Source of the DNA: Flavobacteriales bacterium
GTDB taxonomy: Bacteria > Bacteroidota > Bacteroidia > Flavobacteriales_C > GCA-002722245
Direction: 5' to 3'
NCBI GenBank assembly: GCA_002720635.1
Contig: PBJD01000047.1
Location: forward strand, 1 to 49,680
DNA: 49,680 nucleotides
A program made the position numbers and the translations under genes. Under the pieces are notes generated by a model. The model was not told the origin of the DNA. It did no database searches and was given only the letters and a program-made list of their open reading frames with translations. Positions 9,301 through 19,590 of this stretch are shown here, piece after piece; the stretch's first letter is position 1, and the number at the start of each line of letters is the position of its first letter.

Positions 9301-12300
9301 TTTGAAGGTTCTCTTGAAGGAGGAGATTTATATGTGCATATTGGTAATATTTCAGAAGATATTTTACGCGATGGACGAAAATCGTTTGAAAACGGCTTAC
9401 CAACTCCCAGTGAACCTGATATTGATATTGACACAACATCCTGGGGGTTTGTATCCAATAAAATAAATTTAGTAAATGCATTTGATAATGATGTTGAATC
9501 CAGAATGCTTCAAGATGTTGGTTTTGATGGCATGAATGACCGAGAGGAGTCTTCAATGTATTCGGATTATTTAAACTTTTTCGGAGGAAGTTCCAATGCC
9601 CCCGGAACTATTGGAAAAGATCCGGCCGGCGATAACTACCAATACTTCAGAGGAGATAATCTCGATAATGAAAATGCCAATGTAATAGAACGTTACAAAA
9701 ATTTTAACGGAACAGATGGTAACTCTCCTACTCAGGAACAAACTGGATTGGACTATGTAAGTACAGCAACTACTCTACCTGATATTGAAGACTTAAACCG
9801 TGATAATACACTTAGCGAAGGTGAAAGCTATTACGAATATAAAATATCAATGCGTCCAAACGATTTAGAGGATGCTGGCCAAAATCATCTTTTTCAAAAA
9901 GTTGTTGCAGACGTCCCCGGATCGGGTAAAAAAGTACATTGGTACAACTTTAGAATCCCCATAAAATCACCCGACAATGTTATTGGTAACATTCAGGGTT
10001 TTCAATCCATACGCTTCATCAGAATGGCATTAAAAGGATGGAGCGATCCTGTTGTTTTACGCTTTGGTTCACTGGATTTAATTCGTTCAGACTGGCGAAA
10101 ATACGAAGGAGACCTGTCACGAGAAAATTCAGTACCGGCAACAGTACCAATATTTAATGTAGGTGCTGTAAATTTAGAGGAAGACTCTAAAAAAGATCCT
10201 ATCCCATATGTATTACCCCCAAATACTCAACGTCAATTTGATTTGGGCTCGCAAAATCAACAAAATGAACAAGCTATGCAAATTCAAGTTTGTGATCTTG
10301 AATCAGGAGATGCACGAGGAATGTACAAACCCGTAAATCTGGACCTATTATCCTACAAGAGAATTCAAATGGACATTCATGCTGAAGATCCTTATGACAG
10401 GGTGTTGGATTTGGAAAATCCGAATATGTCTGTTTTCTTAAGAATGGGTTCTGATTATACAGAAAATTATTATGAATATGAAGTCCCACTTGTGTTCACA
10501 TCTCACGACATTCCTTCGGGAGACGACGCAAAAAGAGAGGCCATATGGGATGTGAGAAACCGTATGGATTTTAACTACGAAGAAGTATTTGCCAACTTAA
10601 AAGCAAAAAGAAACGAACTGAATATTCCAGTTACTGAAAGATATTCAACAATTGACGGAAAAAACATCGCAATTGTAAAAGGTTCACCAAGTATGGCTAA
10701 CATAAATTCTTTGATGATCGGTGTTAGAAACAATGATACAATAGCTGGAGGGACAAAATGCGCAGAAATATGGGTAAACGAACTTAGGTTGTCAGAATTT
10801 GATCAACAAGGAGGTTGGGCATCAACAGCAAGCTTAAATATGAAGTTGGCTGATTTAGGTAATGTTTCCCTATCGGGAGGTTACAGTACACCGGGTTGGG
10901 GAGCTATTGATCAAAAAGTCAGTGATCGATCCAGGGAGACGGTAAGAAATCTGGATGCCGCCGGTAATTTTCAAATTGGCAAATTTCTTCCGGAAAAAGT
11001 GGGGTTATCACTCCCTGTTTACTTAAGCTACAATCAAATCAGAAAAGATCAGAAGTACAATCCACTTGACACTGATATCAAAATAAAAAACCTGAAAAAC
11101 AGTCCTTATAAATCGTACTTACTTGACGTTACTCCGGATAAACAAACCAGTAAGAGTATCAATTTTTCAAACGTAAAAAAACTGCGAAAAGGATCAAAAA
11201 AGAAACGTTTGTATGATATTTCAAACTTTGACGCAACATTTGCTTACAATGAAAATGAAAAAAAGGATGTAAATACTAAAATTGATGTAGTACAAAACTA
11301 CAAAGGTGGATTGAACTACAACTATAACAACCGACCAAAATCAATCCAACCATTTAAAAAAACGCCTATTATAAAAAATATTGAAAAAAAACACTTGGCA
11401 AAATTGACTAAAAAAGAAAAGTCTCTTGAAGATTCCATAAAATCATTAAGAAATTATAGTAGTAGTTATAGTGATGAAATTAAAATACTGCAAAAAGAGG
11501 TAAAGCAAATAAAAAAAGATAAAATAAATTATCGAAAAAATGTAGCAAAACTAAAACGATCAAGATATCTGGCTCTCTATCGAGATTTTAATTTTCAATA
11601 TATGCCCCAACAAATAGGTGTAAAAACAAATATGAATCGAATGTTTAGTGAACGTGAAATCAGAAATGTATCCACAGCAAACTTGCTTATTGAACCTACC
11701 TACAACAAAAATTGGTATTTTAACAGAGATTACTCCGTTAAATGGGACTTAACTAAAACATTAAAACTCAACTACAACTCCGGTAACAAAGCTATAATTG
11801 ACGAACCTTTTGGTAGAATTGATGATCAGGAAAAAAAGGATTCTTTACTAACCAACCTTAAAGACTTCGGAAGAAACACCCTGTTTTCACAAAATGTAAG
11901 TGCAAATTACAGAATTCCAATTAACAAATTCCCATGGACAAGCTGGATAACAGCAAATGCCAAATATACCGGGAAATATGATTGGCAAGCTACCAATCCT
12001 GCTTTTGTAGATTCTATCGGTCACAGCATTTCCAACAACAATACTCGTCAAATTAATGGGCAACTCAATTTTGTAAACCTGTACAACAAATCAAAATACC
12101 TAAAAAAGGTAAATAGAGGGAATAAAAAAAGACCTGTAGCCAAAAAAAATCCAAAAGATAGTACTCAAGTTACCAAACCAAAAATAACCATTACGCCAAA
12201 AGACATCATAAATCAAGGTGTTCGAACAATTATGATGCTAAGAAATCTATCCGTTAATTATAGTGAAAACAATGGAACTTTTCTACCAGGATTTATGGGC

Positions 12301-13602
12301 GAAAGCAGCATAATGGGAATGGATGTAAACAAACTTTTTGCACCAGGATATCAGTTTGTTCTCGGAAGCCAAAAAGATATCCTAACAGATGGAATTCAAA
12401 ATAATTGGTTTAACGAGAACACCAACCTAATAACACAACAAGTAGCAAAAACAAATCGACAAAATTTAAATACAAGAGCTACTATTGAACCATGGAAACG
12501 TTTTAAAATTAACTTATCCGGAACCCGATCTTTGACTACTAATGATAATTATTTTTATCAAATAGATTCAACTCAAGCAAAAAAATACAGAGAGGACAAT
12601 CGCGTCAAAACACAACAATTTTCTATCTCAACCAACACATTTAAAACCGCTTTTTCAAAAACGAAAACAAATCAGGGATCCGCTGCCTACAAACAAATGC
12701 TAAACAATAGATTTATTATTGCAAAAAGACTGGCTGAACAGAATACAAATTGGAACGGCCAATTTGATCCCACAACATCCTTTCCGGAAGGTTACAGTGC
12801 TCAACATCATGAGGTTTTATTGTATTCATTCCTTTCCGCCTACAGAGGACAGAGTCCACAAAATATAAAAATAAACAGCAACCAAACACCCGGATCAACG
12901 AAAGGATTCTTTCCTTCTATTCCTATCCCTGATTGGCGATTTAACTATAATGGGTTAAAAAAAATCCCCATCATTAAAAAATATTTTAGATCTATTTCGC
13001 TTGCTCACGCCTACAAAAGCACATTAAGTATTAATGGAGTTCAAAACAATATGAAATTTGACGGTTCAGGACTCAGAGATACCAGCGGATTAAGTGACTT
13101 TGTCACGAATATTGATTTCTACAACGTTGCTGTTTCCATTAAGGAAACATTTAGTCCTCTGGCTAAAGTAGATATGAAGTTCCACAATTCTATTCTCGCT
13201 AAAATGGAAATCAAAAAAACAAGAACAATTAACTTAGATGTGGGAACACCTCAAGTAGTAGAGAACAATACATGGGACTTTATTATCGGAGGAGGGTATA
13301 CGATAAAAGATTTAGTAATTCCAAATGTTGAAATAAAAGGAAGAAGACTAAAATCTGATCTTAACTTGAGATTGGACGTTTCTGTAAAAAATACCCGATT
13401 GATAACAATTAATGTTGATAAAAGTCCGGCTCCGCCAGTTGGGGGGCTATTGACAGCCATAAAGCTTTCAGGAGATTACAAGGTGAGCGAGAAAGTTACA
13501 GCAAGAGCGTTTTATGATCAAACCATTAATAATCCCCATCTGTCAACCTCTTTTCCCACCTCAACAAGTAAAGGAGGAGTAAGTATTCGATTCACGCTGT
13601 AA
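6328..13602 (+). CDS. sprA: Type IX secretion system translocon / gliding motility protein SprA
   Basis: 2424-aa ORF with an N-terminal signal peptide (…FVICWMHGSAQS). Its very large size and beta-rich composition match SprA of Bacteroidota, and it lies immediately downstream of ruvA. The start is TTG, 1 nt after the ruvA stop. Confidence 0.9.
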   Translation: MKFYKNITHYILSFVFVICWMHGSAQSEDSLSIPFNLHDEDKSPFDLEDPSNVEYEVVYDPVTNTYKVQEKVGTQEYRPGDEQNFDDFWKNRYKDAEKDYWKQKQQESSGTSSSSDIYQNLIPGGGAINSIFGNDKIEIKPQGSAELIFGVTSTKTENPIIRVESQRVTSFDFDEKIQLNVTGKIGDKLELGTSYNTEASFDFENQMKLQYQGKEDEILKNIELGNITMPLNSTLIQGSQSLFGVKTEMQFGKLSVNTVLSQQKSESKTIELSGGVQTKEVYIQADEYEDNRHFFLAQYFADNYNQSLSNPPILNSAVSITKIEVWVTNIGISANAGARNVIGFMDLAENNPYDETLTGSQVLPDNSSNDLYSKINSDPLTRQYTSASGELIGGNYNYTAGIHFNKIENARKLDEGTEYFFHPQLGYISLNRKMEDDEVLAVAYQYSVRGSEDVYQVGEFASEVTDVQEAIFLKMLKSTQVNNTNVPLWELMMKNVYSLGTYGVDASTLDIDIRYRDPSTNNDINFLNADNANENVKNKRWLEIMDLDRLDNIQNPQPDGKYDIIEGQTIRLQNGKIYFPVLEPFGNKLRVEINNDAIADTFAFDSLYNVSKFRAQNEFPTQNRFRIYARYSSKSNVINLNSFSIPRGAVTVTAGGRNLEEGIDFRVDYNMGQVTILNESILNSNTPIRVNVESNAMFSMMSKTLFGTHLEYEVNKDFHIGGTFINLTERPLTQKVNQGEEPIRNTMWGVNTDYKTESKFLTKLVDKLLFNTKAKSFVEVKGEFAQLIPGSPNAIENNGQAVSFIDDFEAGQTGIDIRNRVTWTLASTPQGNPEWPEGDLINDLAYGFNRSKLAWYNIDPLFGSKDGANTPNHIKGNKDIQENLYQRIVLQNEIYPYKSLAVGEPPALQTLDLAYFPEERGPYNYDTTGTSGLSGGIDKTTGKLIDPSSRWGGIMRKIDYVDFASQNIEFIEFWVMDPFPYDATSTDYIDAFEGSLEGGDLYVHIGNISEDILRDGRKSFENGLPTPSEPDIDIDTTSWGFVSNKINLVNAFDNDVESRMLQDVGFDGMNDREESSMYSDYLNFFGGSSNAPGTIGKDPAGDNYQYFRGDNLDNENANVIERYKNFNGTDGNSPTQEQTGLDYVSTATTLPDIEDLNRDNTLSEGESYYEYKISMRPNDLEDAGQNHLFQKVVADVPGSGKKVHWYNFRIPIKSPDNVIGNIQGFQSIRFIRMALKGWSDPVVLRFGSLDLIRSDWRKYEGDLSRENSVPATVPIFNVGAVNLEEDSKKDPIPYVLPPNTQRQFDLGSQNQQNEQAMQIQVCDLESGDARGMYKPVNLDLLSYKRIQMDIHAEDPYDRVLDLENPNMSVFLRMGSDYTENYYEYEVPLVFTSHDIPSGDDAKREAIWDVRNRMDFNYEEVFANLKAKRNELNIPVTERYSTIDGKNIAIVKGSPSMANINSLMIGVRNNDTIAGGTKCAEIWVNELRLSEFDQQGGWASTASLNMKLADLGNVSLSGGYSTPGWGAIDQKVSDRSRETVRNLDAAGNFQIGKFLPEKVGLSLPVYLSYNQIRKDQKYNPLDTDIKIKNLKNSPYKSYLLDVTPDKQTSKSINFSNVKKLRKGSKKKRLYDISNFDATFAYNENEKKDVNTKIDVVQNYKGGLNYNYNNRPKSIQPFKKTPIIKNIEKKHLAKLTKKEKSLEDSIKSLRNYSSSYSDEIKILQKEVKQIKKDKINYRKNVAKLKRSRYLALYRDFNFQYMPQQIGVKTNMNRMFSEREIRNVSTANLLIEPTYNKNWYFNRDYSVKWDLTKTLKLNYNSGNKAIIDEPFGRIDDQEKKDSLLTNLKDFGRNTLFSQNVSANYRIPINKFPWTSWITANAKYTGKYDWQATNPAFVDSIGHSISNNNTRQINGQLNFVNLYNKSKYLKKVNRGNKKRPVAKKNPKDSTQVTKPKITITPKDIINQGVRTIMMLRNLSVNYSENNGTFLPGFMGESSIMGMDVNKLFAPGYQFVLGSQKDILTDGIQNNWFNENTNLITQQVAKTNRQNLNTRATIEPWKRFKINLSGTRSLTTNDNYFYQIDSTQAKKYREDNRVKTQQFSISTNTFKTAFSKTKTNQGSAAYKQMLNNRFIIAKRLAEQNTNWNGQFDPTTSFPEGYSAQHHEVLLYSFLSAYRGQSPQNIKINSNQTPGSTKGFFPSIPIPDWRFNYNGLKKIPIIKKYFRSISLAHAYKSTLSINGVQNNMKFDGSGLRDTSGLSDFVTNIDFYNVAVSIKETFSPLAKVDMKFHNSILAKMEIKKTRTINLDVGTPQVVENNTWDFIIGGGYTIKDLVIPNVEIKGRRLKSDLNLRLDVSVKNTRLITINVDKSPAPPVGGLLTAIKLSGDYKVSEKVTARAFYDQTINNPHLSTSFPTSTSKGGVSIRFTL

Positions 13603-13630
13603 ATCCTTTTAGTATAAGAATTTCAACACA

Positions 13631-13657
13631 AAAAAAGCCGGTAGATACCGGCTTTTT
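13631..13657. terminator. Bidirectional rho-independent terminator between convergent sprA and accC
   Basis: aaaaaagccgg-tagata-ccggcttttt: a GC stem flanked by an A-run and a T-run, so it is usable on both strands. Confidence 0.6.
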
Positions 13658-13677
13658 AAACTATTAAACAAATAACG

Positions 13678-15030
13678 TTACTTCATATCCGAATAATCAA
13701 ACTCAACCTCCTCAAGGAATTTGGTTGTTACTCCACCATTAACAAAAGTTTCATTTTCCATTAATTTAATATGAAAAGGAATGGTTGTTTTAATACCTTC
13801 TATTATAAACTCATCCAATGCTCTTTTCATTTTTGCTATTGCCTCTTCTCTGGTTTGTGCTACCGAAATTAATTTAGCAATCATTGAATCATAATTTGGT
13901 GGAATAGCATATCCTGAATAAACATGTGTATCCAAGCGTATTCCATGACCACCCGGAGTATGTAATTCATTGATTTTACCCGGCGAAGGCCTGAATCCAT
14001 TTATTGGATCTTCTGCATTAATTCTGCACTCAATTGCATGTAATTGAGGAGTATAATTTTTTCCAGATATTTTATATCCTGCTGCTACCTTAATTTGTTC
14101 TCTTATTAAATCGAAACCAACTACCTCTTCTGTTACGCAGTGCTCAACCTGAATACGCGTGTTCATTTCCATGAAGTAGAATTTTCTGTGCTTATCCACT
14201 AAAAACTCAACGGTACCAGCACCTTCATATTTTACCGCCTTTGCGGCCTTAATTGCCGCTTGACCCATTTCATCCCTTAATTTTTTTGTCATAAAGGGTG
14301 AAGGAACCTCCTCAACTAGTTTCTGATGACGTCTTTGTGTAGAACAATCTCTTTCAGAAAGATGACAAGCGTTACCGGTTTGATCACCAATAATTTGAAT
14401 CTCAATATGACGAGGTTCTTCTATGAATTTCTCCATATACATATCGTCATTACCAAAACATGCAGCAGATTCTCGCTTTGCACTATCCATCAATTCTTCC
14501 AATTCATCCTCTGATGGAATAAATCGCATTCCTTTTCCACCTCCACCCGCAGAGGCTTTTATCATTACTGGATAACCAATTTTCTTTGCAATCTTTTTGG
14601 CTTCAGCAGTAGTTTTAACCAAACCTTTTGATCCGGGAACACAAGGAACACCGGCTTCTTCCATAGTTGATTTAGCTTGTGCTTTATTTCCCATCCCGTC
14701 AATCTGCTCTGGTGTTGCACCGATAAATTTAATCCCGTTTTCAGTACAAATTCTTGAGAACTTTGAGTTCTCAGAAAGAAAACCGTATCCGGGGTGAACA
14801 GCATCTGCATTTGTAATTTCAGCAGCTGAAATTATTCTTGGAATATCTAAATAAGACTCGTTGGATGGAGCTGGTCCAATACAAATAGCTTCATCAGCAA
14901 ATCTTACATGTAAACTATCTTTATCCGCAGTGGAATAAACAGCAACCGTTTTTATACCCATCTCTTTGCATGTACGAATAACCCGCAAAGCGATTTCTCC
15001 ACGATTGGCAATTAATATTTTTTTAAACAT
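13678..15030 (-). CDS. accC: Acetyl-CoA carboxylase, biotin carboxylase subunit
   Basis: 450-aa ORF starting [26 protein letters not shown]. It has the ATP-grasp glycine loop GGGGKGMR and [14 protein letters not shown]. Confidence 0.95.
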   Translation of the reverse strand: MFKKILIANRGEIALRVIRTCKEMGIKTVAVYSTADKDSLHVRFADEAICIGPAPSNESYLDIPRIISAAEITNADAVHPGYGFLSENSKFSRICTENGIKFIGATPEQIDGMGNKAQAKSTMEEAGVPCVPGSKGLVKTTAEAKKIAKKIGYPVMIKASAGGGGKGMRFIPSEDELEELMDSAKRESAACFGNDDMYMEKFIEEPRHIEIQIIGDQTGNACHLSERDCSTQRRHQKLVEEVPSPFMTKKLRDEMGQAAIKAAKAVKYEGAGTVEFLVDKHRKFYFMEMNTRIQVEHCVTEEVVGFDLIREQIKVAAGYKISGKNYTPQLHAIECRINAEDPINGFRPSPGKINELHTPGGHGIRLDTHVYSGYAIPPNYDSMIAKLISVAQTREEAIAKMKRALDEFIIEGIKTTIPFHIKLMENETFVNGGVTTKFLEEVEFDYSDMK

Positions 15031-15086
15031 AATAATTTAGTTTAAACCGTTAAATATATACAAGATGAAATAAAACCTAAAATTAA

Positions 15087-15641
15087 TTAACTGGGATCAA
15101 TAATAAACAATGGTTGATCATACTCAACAGGTGTTGAATCATCAACCAGAACTTTTACTATTTTACCCGAAGCCTCGGCTTCAATTTCATTAAATAACTT
15201 CATCGCCTCGATAATACAAATTACATCTCCTTTCTTTATCTCTGAACCAACTTCCACAAAATTCGGCTTGTCAGGAGAAGAACGACGATAAAAAGTTCCA
15301 ATCATAGGAGATTTAATCTCCACATATCTGGATGTATCCTCAACAGGTTCTGCTGCAACTTCTTCATTGGATGAATTAGAAGAAGGAGCTGGTTCAGCGG
15401 CAACTGATGCAGGAACTGCCGGAACTGGCGCAGGAGCTGCTAATGGAGTTGCCGAAACTGGCTGCTGAACAACCTGAGGTACAGGAACCTGTAAAATCTG
15501 AGGTTCAATTGAACCGGTCTTCTTACGCTTAACCGCATCATTTTTTATAGTTAATTTCACATCTTTTGTCTCTAAATTAACCTCACTAACACCAGACTTG
15601 GAAACGAATTTAATCAAGTCTTGAATTTCTGTCGCTTTCAT
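15087..15641 (-). CDS. accB: Acetyl-CoA carboxylase, biotin carboxyl carrier protein
   Basis: 184-aa ORF with a Pro/Ala-rich linker and the C-terminal biotinyl-lysine motif IIEAMKLFNEIEAE. Confidence 0.9.
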   Translation of the reverse strand: MKATEIQDLIKFVSKSGVSEVNLETKDVKLTIKNDAVKRKKTGSIEPQILQVPVPQVVQQPVSATPLAAPAPVPAVPASVAAEPAPSSNSSNEEVAAEPVEDTSRYVEIKSPMIGTFYRRSSPDKPNFVEVGSEIKKGDVICIIEAMKLFNEIEAEASGKIVKVLVDDSTPVEYDQPLFIIDPS

Positions 15642-15669
15642 AATAAAAGAGTTTTCGTTCTTAAAATTT

Positions 15670-16665
15670 TTATGCGTTATATGCCCACTTTAAATATACG
15701 GATCCCCATGTAAACCCGCCACCAAAAGCAGCCAATAATAAATTATCACCTTTTTTTAATTTCTTTTCCCAATCCCACAAACAAAGTGGTAAAGTTCCTG
15801 CAGTTGTATTACCATACTTTTGAATATTAATCATCACTTTATCTTGTGGTAATCCTGCTCTTTCTCTTGTTGCATCAATAATTCTTAAGTTTGCCTGATG
15901 AGGAACTAACCAATCTACATCGCTTCCCTTTAAATTATTTCTTTCCATTACCTCTGCCGCTACATCGGCCATGTTCGTAACTGCAAATTTGAACACAGAT
16001 CTACCTTCCTGATAAACAAAATGTTCTTTGTTATCTATCGTTTCATAACTGGAGGGTTTATATGATCCTCCTGCTTTGATATTTAAATACTCTTTTCCAG
16101 AACCGTCACTTTTTAAAACAGAATCCATAACACCAACCTTCTCTTCTGTTGGTTCTAACAGAACCCCCCCTGCACCATCTCCAAAAATAATACAAGTTGT
16201 TCGATCATCATAGTTTATAATACTGGACATTTTATCAGCTCCTACAACAATCACCTTTTTATAAGCACCACTTTCAACAAACCTTTGACCGGTAACCAAA
16301 GCAAATAAAAAACCAGAGCAAGCTGCACTTAAATCATACCCCCAGGCATTCGAAGCACCCACTTTATGACATATGAGATTTGCTGTTGATGGAAAAGGCA
16401 TGTCAGGTGTGACTGTTGCCACTAAAATCAGATCAATTTCTTCCGGAGATATTCCTCTTTTTTCACAAATCTGTTTGACAACTTCAGCCCCCATATCTGA
16501 TGTTGCCTTCCCTTCTCCTTTTAAAATTCTCCTTTCTTTAATTCCTGTTCGTGTAGTAATCCACTCATCTGTAGTATCAACAATTTTTTCTAATTCTTTG
16601 TTTGTCATTACGTAATCTGGTACGTAACCTCCAACACAAGTTATTGCAGCGTTAATAGCACTCAT
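15670..16665 (-). CDS. fabH: 3-oxoacyl-ACP synthase III
   Basis: 331-aa ORF with the active-site Cys context [22 protein letters not shown] and [10 protein letters not shown] (Cys-His-Asn triad). Confidence 0.9.
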   Translation of the reverse strand: MSAINAAITCVGGYVPDYVMTNKELEKIVDTTDEWITTRTGIKERRILKGEGKATSDMGAEVVKQICEKRGISPEEIDLILVATVTPDMPFPSTANLICHKVGASNAWGYDLSAACSGFLFALVTGQRFVESGAYKKVIVVGADKMSSIINYDDRTTCIIFGDGAGGVLLEPTEEKVGVMDSVLKSDGSGKEYLNIKAGGSYKPSSYETIDNKEHFVYQEGRSVFKFAVTNMADVAAEVMERNNLKGSDVDWLVPHQANLRIIDATRERAGLPQDKVMINIQKYGNTTAGTLPLCLWDWEKKLKKGDNLLLAAFGGGFTWGSVYLKWAYNA

Positions 16666-17600
16666 TACTTAAAAGCTTCTTTTATTTTTTTTGACAGATC
16701 TGCTTCAACACATTCTGCAGTTAACTTAATCATATTCTTAATTGCCTCATCGTTTGATATACCATGTCCAACTACAACGTTGGAATTAATTCCCAAGATA
16801 GGACTTCCTCCATATATCTCATAGTTAAACCTACTAAAATAATCATCAAGCATGCCACGTTTTTTCATCAAATAATAAAATGCCTCTGCTTCTTTTAAGA
16901 CTACATTACCTGTAAAACCGTCACAAACAATAACATCGCACTTGTCATCAAACAAATCTCTACCTTCAATATTACCTATAAAATTAAAATCCTTGGAATC
17001 ATTCATTAAATTATTTGAAGCCTGACTCAATAAATTGCCTTTTTCAGGCTCTTCGCCTATATTTAAAAGTCCAACTCTGGGATTCTCTATACCAAAAACG
17101 TTCTGAGCATAAACACTACCAACAACACCAAATTGATACAAAACATCTGGTTTACAATCTGCATTGACACCAACATCTAAAATAAGATTAACACCACCAT
17201 TTTCTTTAGGCATTACGGAGGTAATACAAGGACGAATTATTCCGGGAATAGATTTGACGGAATACATTGAGCCAATCATCATCGCACCAGTATTACCCGC
17301 ACCGGCAAAACCCTGAATTTCACCAGACGATAAAAGATGAAAACCTATTCCAATGGATGATTTAGGTTTCTGTTTAAATGCTTTTATTGGATGTTCGCCC
17401 ATACCAATAATATCCGTGGTATGAACAATAGAAAAATTGCTCTTATCGGCGCCTTTTTCATCCATAATAGAGGATATTACAGATTCATCGCCTATAAGAA
17501 CTAACTCTACGTCAGACAATTCCTTTTGTGCTAATATTGCACCTTCGGTAGTAGTTTGGGGAGCAAAATCACCACCCATTATATCTATACCAATTCTCAT
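16665..17600 (-). CDS. plsX: Phosphate acyltransferase PlsX
   Basis: 311-aa ORF starting [14 protein letters not shown], with FIGNIEGRD and [11 protein letters not shown] blocks typical of PlsX. It overlaps the fabH start by 1 nt. Confidence 0.9.
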   Translation of the reverse strand: MRIGIDIMGGDFAPQTTTEGAILAQKELSDVELVLIGDESVISSIMDEKGADKSNFSIVHTTDIIGMGEHPIKAFKQKPKSSIGIGFHLLSSGEIQGFAGAGNTGAMMIGSMYSVKSIPGIIRPCITSVMPKENGGVNLILDVGVNADCKPDVLYQFGVVGSVYAQNVFGIENPRVGLLNIGEEPEKGNLLSQASNNLMNDSKDFNFIGNIEGRDLFDDKCDVIVCDGFTGNVVLKEAEAFYYLMKKRGMLDDYFSRFNYEIYGGSPILGINSNVVVGHGISNDEAIKNMIKLTAECVEADLSKKIKEAFK

Positions 17601-17650
17601 TTACTATTTATAGTTTTATTTTTATAAAACTACAAAAATCTGTAACCAAT

Positions 17651-17842
17651 CTATAAAGATGATGTTTTTTCCATTACAACCTTACCCTTGTAATAAAGTT
17701 TTCCTTCATGCCAATGAGCTCTATGGTATAAATGAGACTCTCCGGTTGTTGGACATTCAGCGATTTGCGGAACAGAAGCCTTGTAATGAGTCCTTCTTTT
17801 GTCTCTTCTTGTCTTACTAATCTTTCGTTTAGGATGTGCCAT
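17651..17842 (-). CDS. rpmF: 50S ribosomal protein L32
   Basis: 63-aa ORF starting [21 protein letters not shown]. It sits between yceD-like and plsX, as in most bacteria. Confidence 0.9.
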   Translation of the reverse strand: MAHPKRKISKTRRDKRRTHYKASVPQIAECPTTGESHLYHRAHWHEGKLYYKGKVVMEKTSSL

Positions 17843-17865
17843 TTGTATATGGTTTAATTATATTC

Positions 17866-18375
17866 TTATTTTAAATTTTTCAAAGCTGCCCATCTGGGGT
17901 CAATTTCGTCATCATTATCGTCTTCGTTACCGTTGACCTTAGCCATCAATGCTTCATTGCATTTAGGTTCTCCTTCAACTTGCTCATGTACTCTTTTAGA
18001 GGGTAAACTCAAACTAATACTTTCATACAGGTAATGACTAATATCAATATCTGTTTCACCTCTTTCAAGAATAATTATTCCTTCATCTTCATCTTGCTGA
18101 GCTCCTGTCTTAATAACAACAGACTCCTTAAAATCAATTGTTTGAACAAGATCTTCTCCACATAAATCACATGGAACAATCACTTCTCCTTTGAAATCCA
18201 AGTCCATTTCCATAAGCCTTTCAGACTTAATAAAAACAGCGTCAACAATCACTCTACCCTCTTGAATTTCAGAGTATTCCAAGCCTCCAAAGAACGTGTT
18301 ATCTACTAAAAACCTAAAGTCGTGCTCTCCCAATTTAAAGCCTTCGAAACCGATTAAAAACTGATCAAATTCCAT
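17866..18375 (-). CDS. YceD/DUF177 family protein
   Basis: 169-aa acidic ORF immediately upstream of rpmF, the conserved yceD-rpmF pairing. It has a PCDLCGE motif and an acidic tail. Confidence 0.75.
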   Translation of the reverse strand: MEFDQFLIGFEGFKLGEHDFRFLVDNTFFGGLEYSEIQEGRVIVDAVFIKSERLMEMDLDFKGEVIVPCDLCGEDLVQTIDFKESVVIKTGAQQDEDEGIIILERGETDIDISHYLYESISLSLPSKRVHEQVEGEPKCNEALMAKVNGNEDDNDDEIDPRWAALKNLK

Positions 18376-18397
18376 ATGTCAAAAAATTAAGAGCCTG

Positions 18398-18405
18398 CAA
18401 ATTTA
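18398..18405 (-). promoter_or_regulatory. Candidate Bacteroidota sigma-A -7 box (TAAATTTG) for yceD-rpmF-plsX...
   Basis: The minus-strand TAAATTTG matches TAnnTTTG and lies 22 nt upstream of the yceD-like ATG. I saw no clear -33 TTTG. Confidence 0.3.
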
Positions 18406-18441
18406 CTAAATAAAAATTTATAAAAACAGCCATTTGCTAAT

Positions 18442-19581
18442 TTATTCCGACACATCAGGAGCAGGCTTGTGGTAAGATTTTCGCTCACCTCGATTATTTT
18501 TACGTTCTGAAGGGTTTTGAGACCTGTTTTCTTTTAGTTCTTCAGAACGCATTGCGTTCTTTTCAAGCGTATCACTCAAATGCCTGTTCTTACATATTTC
18601 AATAGCTGCATAAATTGCTTTCCGCATCGATGAAGGATCTGCTTTATTTTTTCCGGCAATATCATAACCAGTTCCATGATCAGGGGATGTCCGAACAAAA
18701 CTTAAACCGGCTGTAAAATTAACTCCTTCTCCAAAACTTAATGCCTTAAAAGGAATTAACCCTTGATCATGGTACATCGCCAAAACTGCATCGTAATTTG
18801 AATGTTGAGTTGATCCGAAAAAACCATCTGCAGGAAATGGACCATGCGCAATTATCTTTTCTTCGCATGCATTTTGAATTGCAGTTATAATAACATCCTG
18901 CTCTTCGATACCCAATAAACCATTATCTCCCGCATGAGGGTTCAACCCTAAAACAGCTATTTTAGGTTTACGAATATTAAAATCTCTAATGAGAGACAAA
19001 TTCATTACTTGCAATTTTTGCTGAATTTTTTCAACTGATATCTCACTTGCAACGTCTTTTAAAGGTATATGCCCCGTAACAACTCCAACTCTTAACTTGT
19101 CGGAAATCATAAACATCAGACCTTTTTTTCCGCCATCTTTCTGACCTAAAAACTCTGTATGTCCAGGAAAGTTAAATTCTTGCTGCTGAATATTTTTTTT
19201 ATTGATAGGAGCCGTGACAACAGAGTCGATCCTGCCGTTTAGCAAGTCCTCCACAGCGCTATTCAAAGATTGATAAGCTGATTTACCCGATGAATTTGTT
19301 GGTTCACCAATGGTTAATTCTTCTTGATCATCACAACAGTCAATCAAATTGACTTTATTTCTTTTAGCATCATCCGAATTTTTAATAATGAAAAAAGGGG
19401 AATTTTGCATTTTTAATTTCTCTTTGTGCTCAGCACTATACTTTTTAGATCCGTAAATTATCGGTGTGCACAGATCCAACATTTTACTGTCACTAAATGC
19501 TTTTAAAATAACCTCATATCCAATGCCGTTAGCATCTCCATGAGTTATTCCAATTTTTATTTTCTCTCTTTTTTCGCTCAT
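18442..19581 (-). CDS. pdxA: 4-hydroxythreonine-4-phosphate dehydrogenase
   Basis: 379-aa ORF with GITHGDANGIGYEV, GHTEFL, LNPHAGDNG and YHDQGLIPFK blocks of PdxA. It carries a ~35-aa basic C-terminal tail. Confidence 0.9.
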   Translation of the reverse strand: MSEKREKIKIGITHGDANGIGYEVILKAFSDSKMLDLCTPIIYGSKKYSAEHKEKLKMQNSPFFIIKNSDDAKRNKVNLIDCCDDQEELTIGEPTNSSGKSAYQSLNSAVEDLLNGRIDSVVTAPINKKNIQQQEFNFPGHTEFLGQKDGGKKGLMFMISDKLRVGVVTGHIPLKDVASEISVEKIQQKLQVMNLSLIRDFNIRKPKIAVLGLNPHAGDNGLLGIEEQDVIITAIQNACEEKIIAHGPFPADGFFGSTQHSNYDAVLAMYHDQGLIPFKALSFGEGVNFTAGLSFVRTSPDHGTGYDIAGKNKADPSSMRKAIYAAIEICKNRHLSDTLEKNAMRSEELKENRSQNPSERKNNRGERKSYHKPAPDVSE

Positions 19582-19590
19582 AACAGATAT

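Noticed and set aside
17611-17632. 9-bp inverted repeat (tagttttat/ataaaacta) between rpmF and plsX
   Set aside because: The stem is almost purely A/T and is not followed by a U-tract on the transcribed (minus) strand. It is likely too weak to be a terminator, and chance occurrence is plausible in AT-rich spacer.
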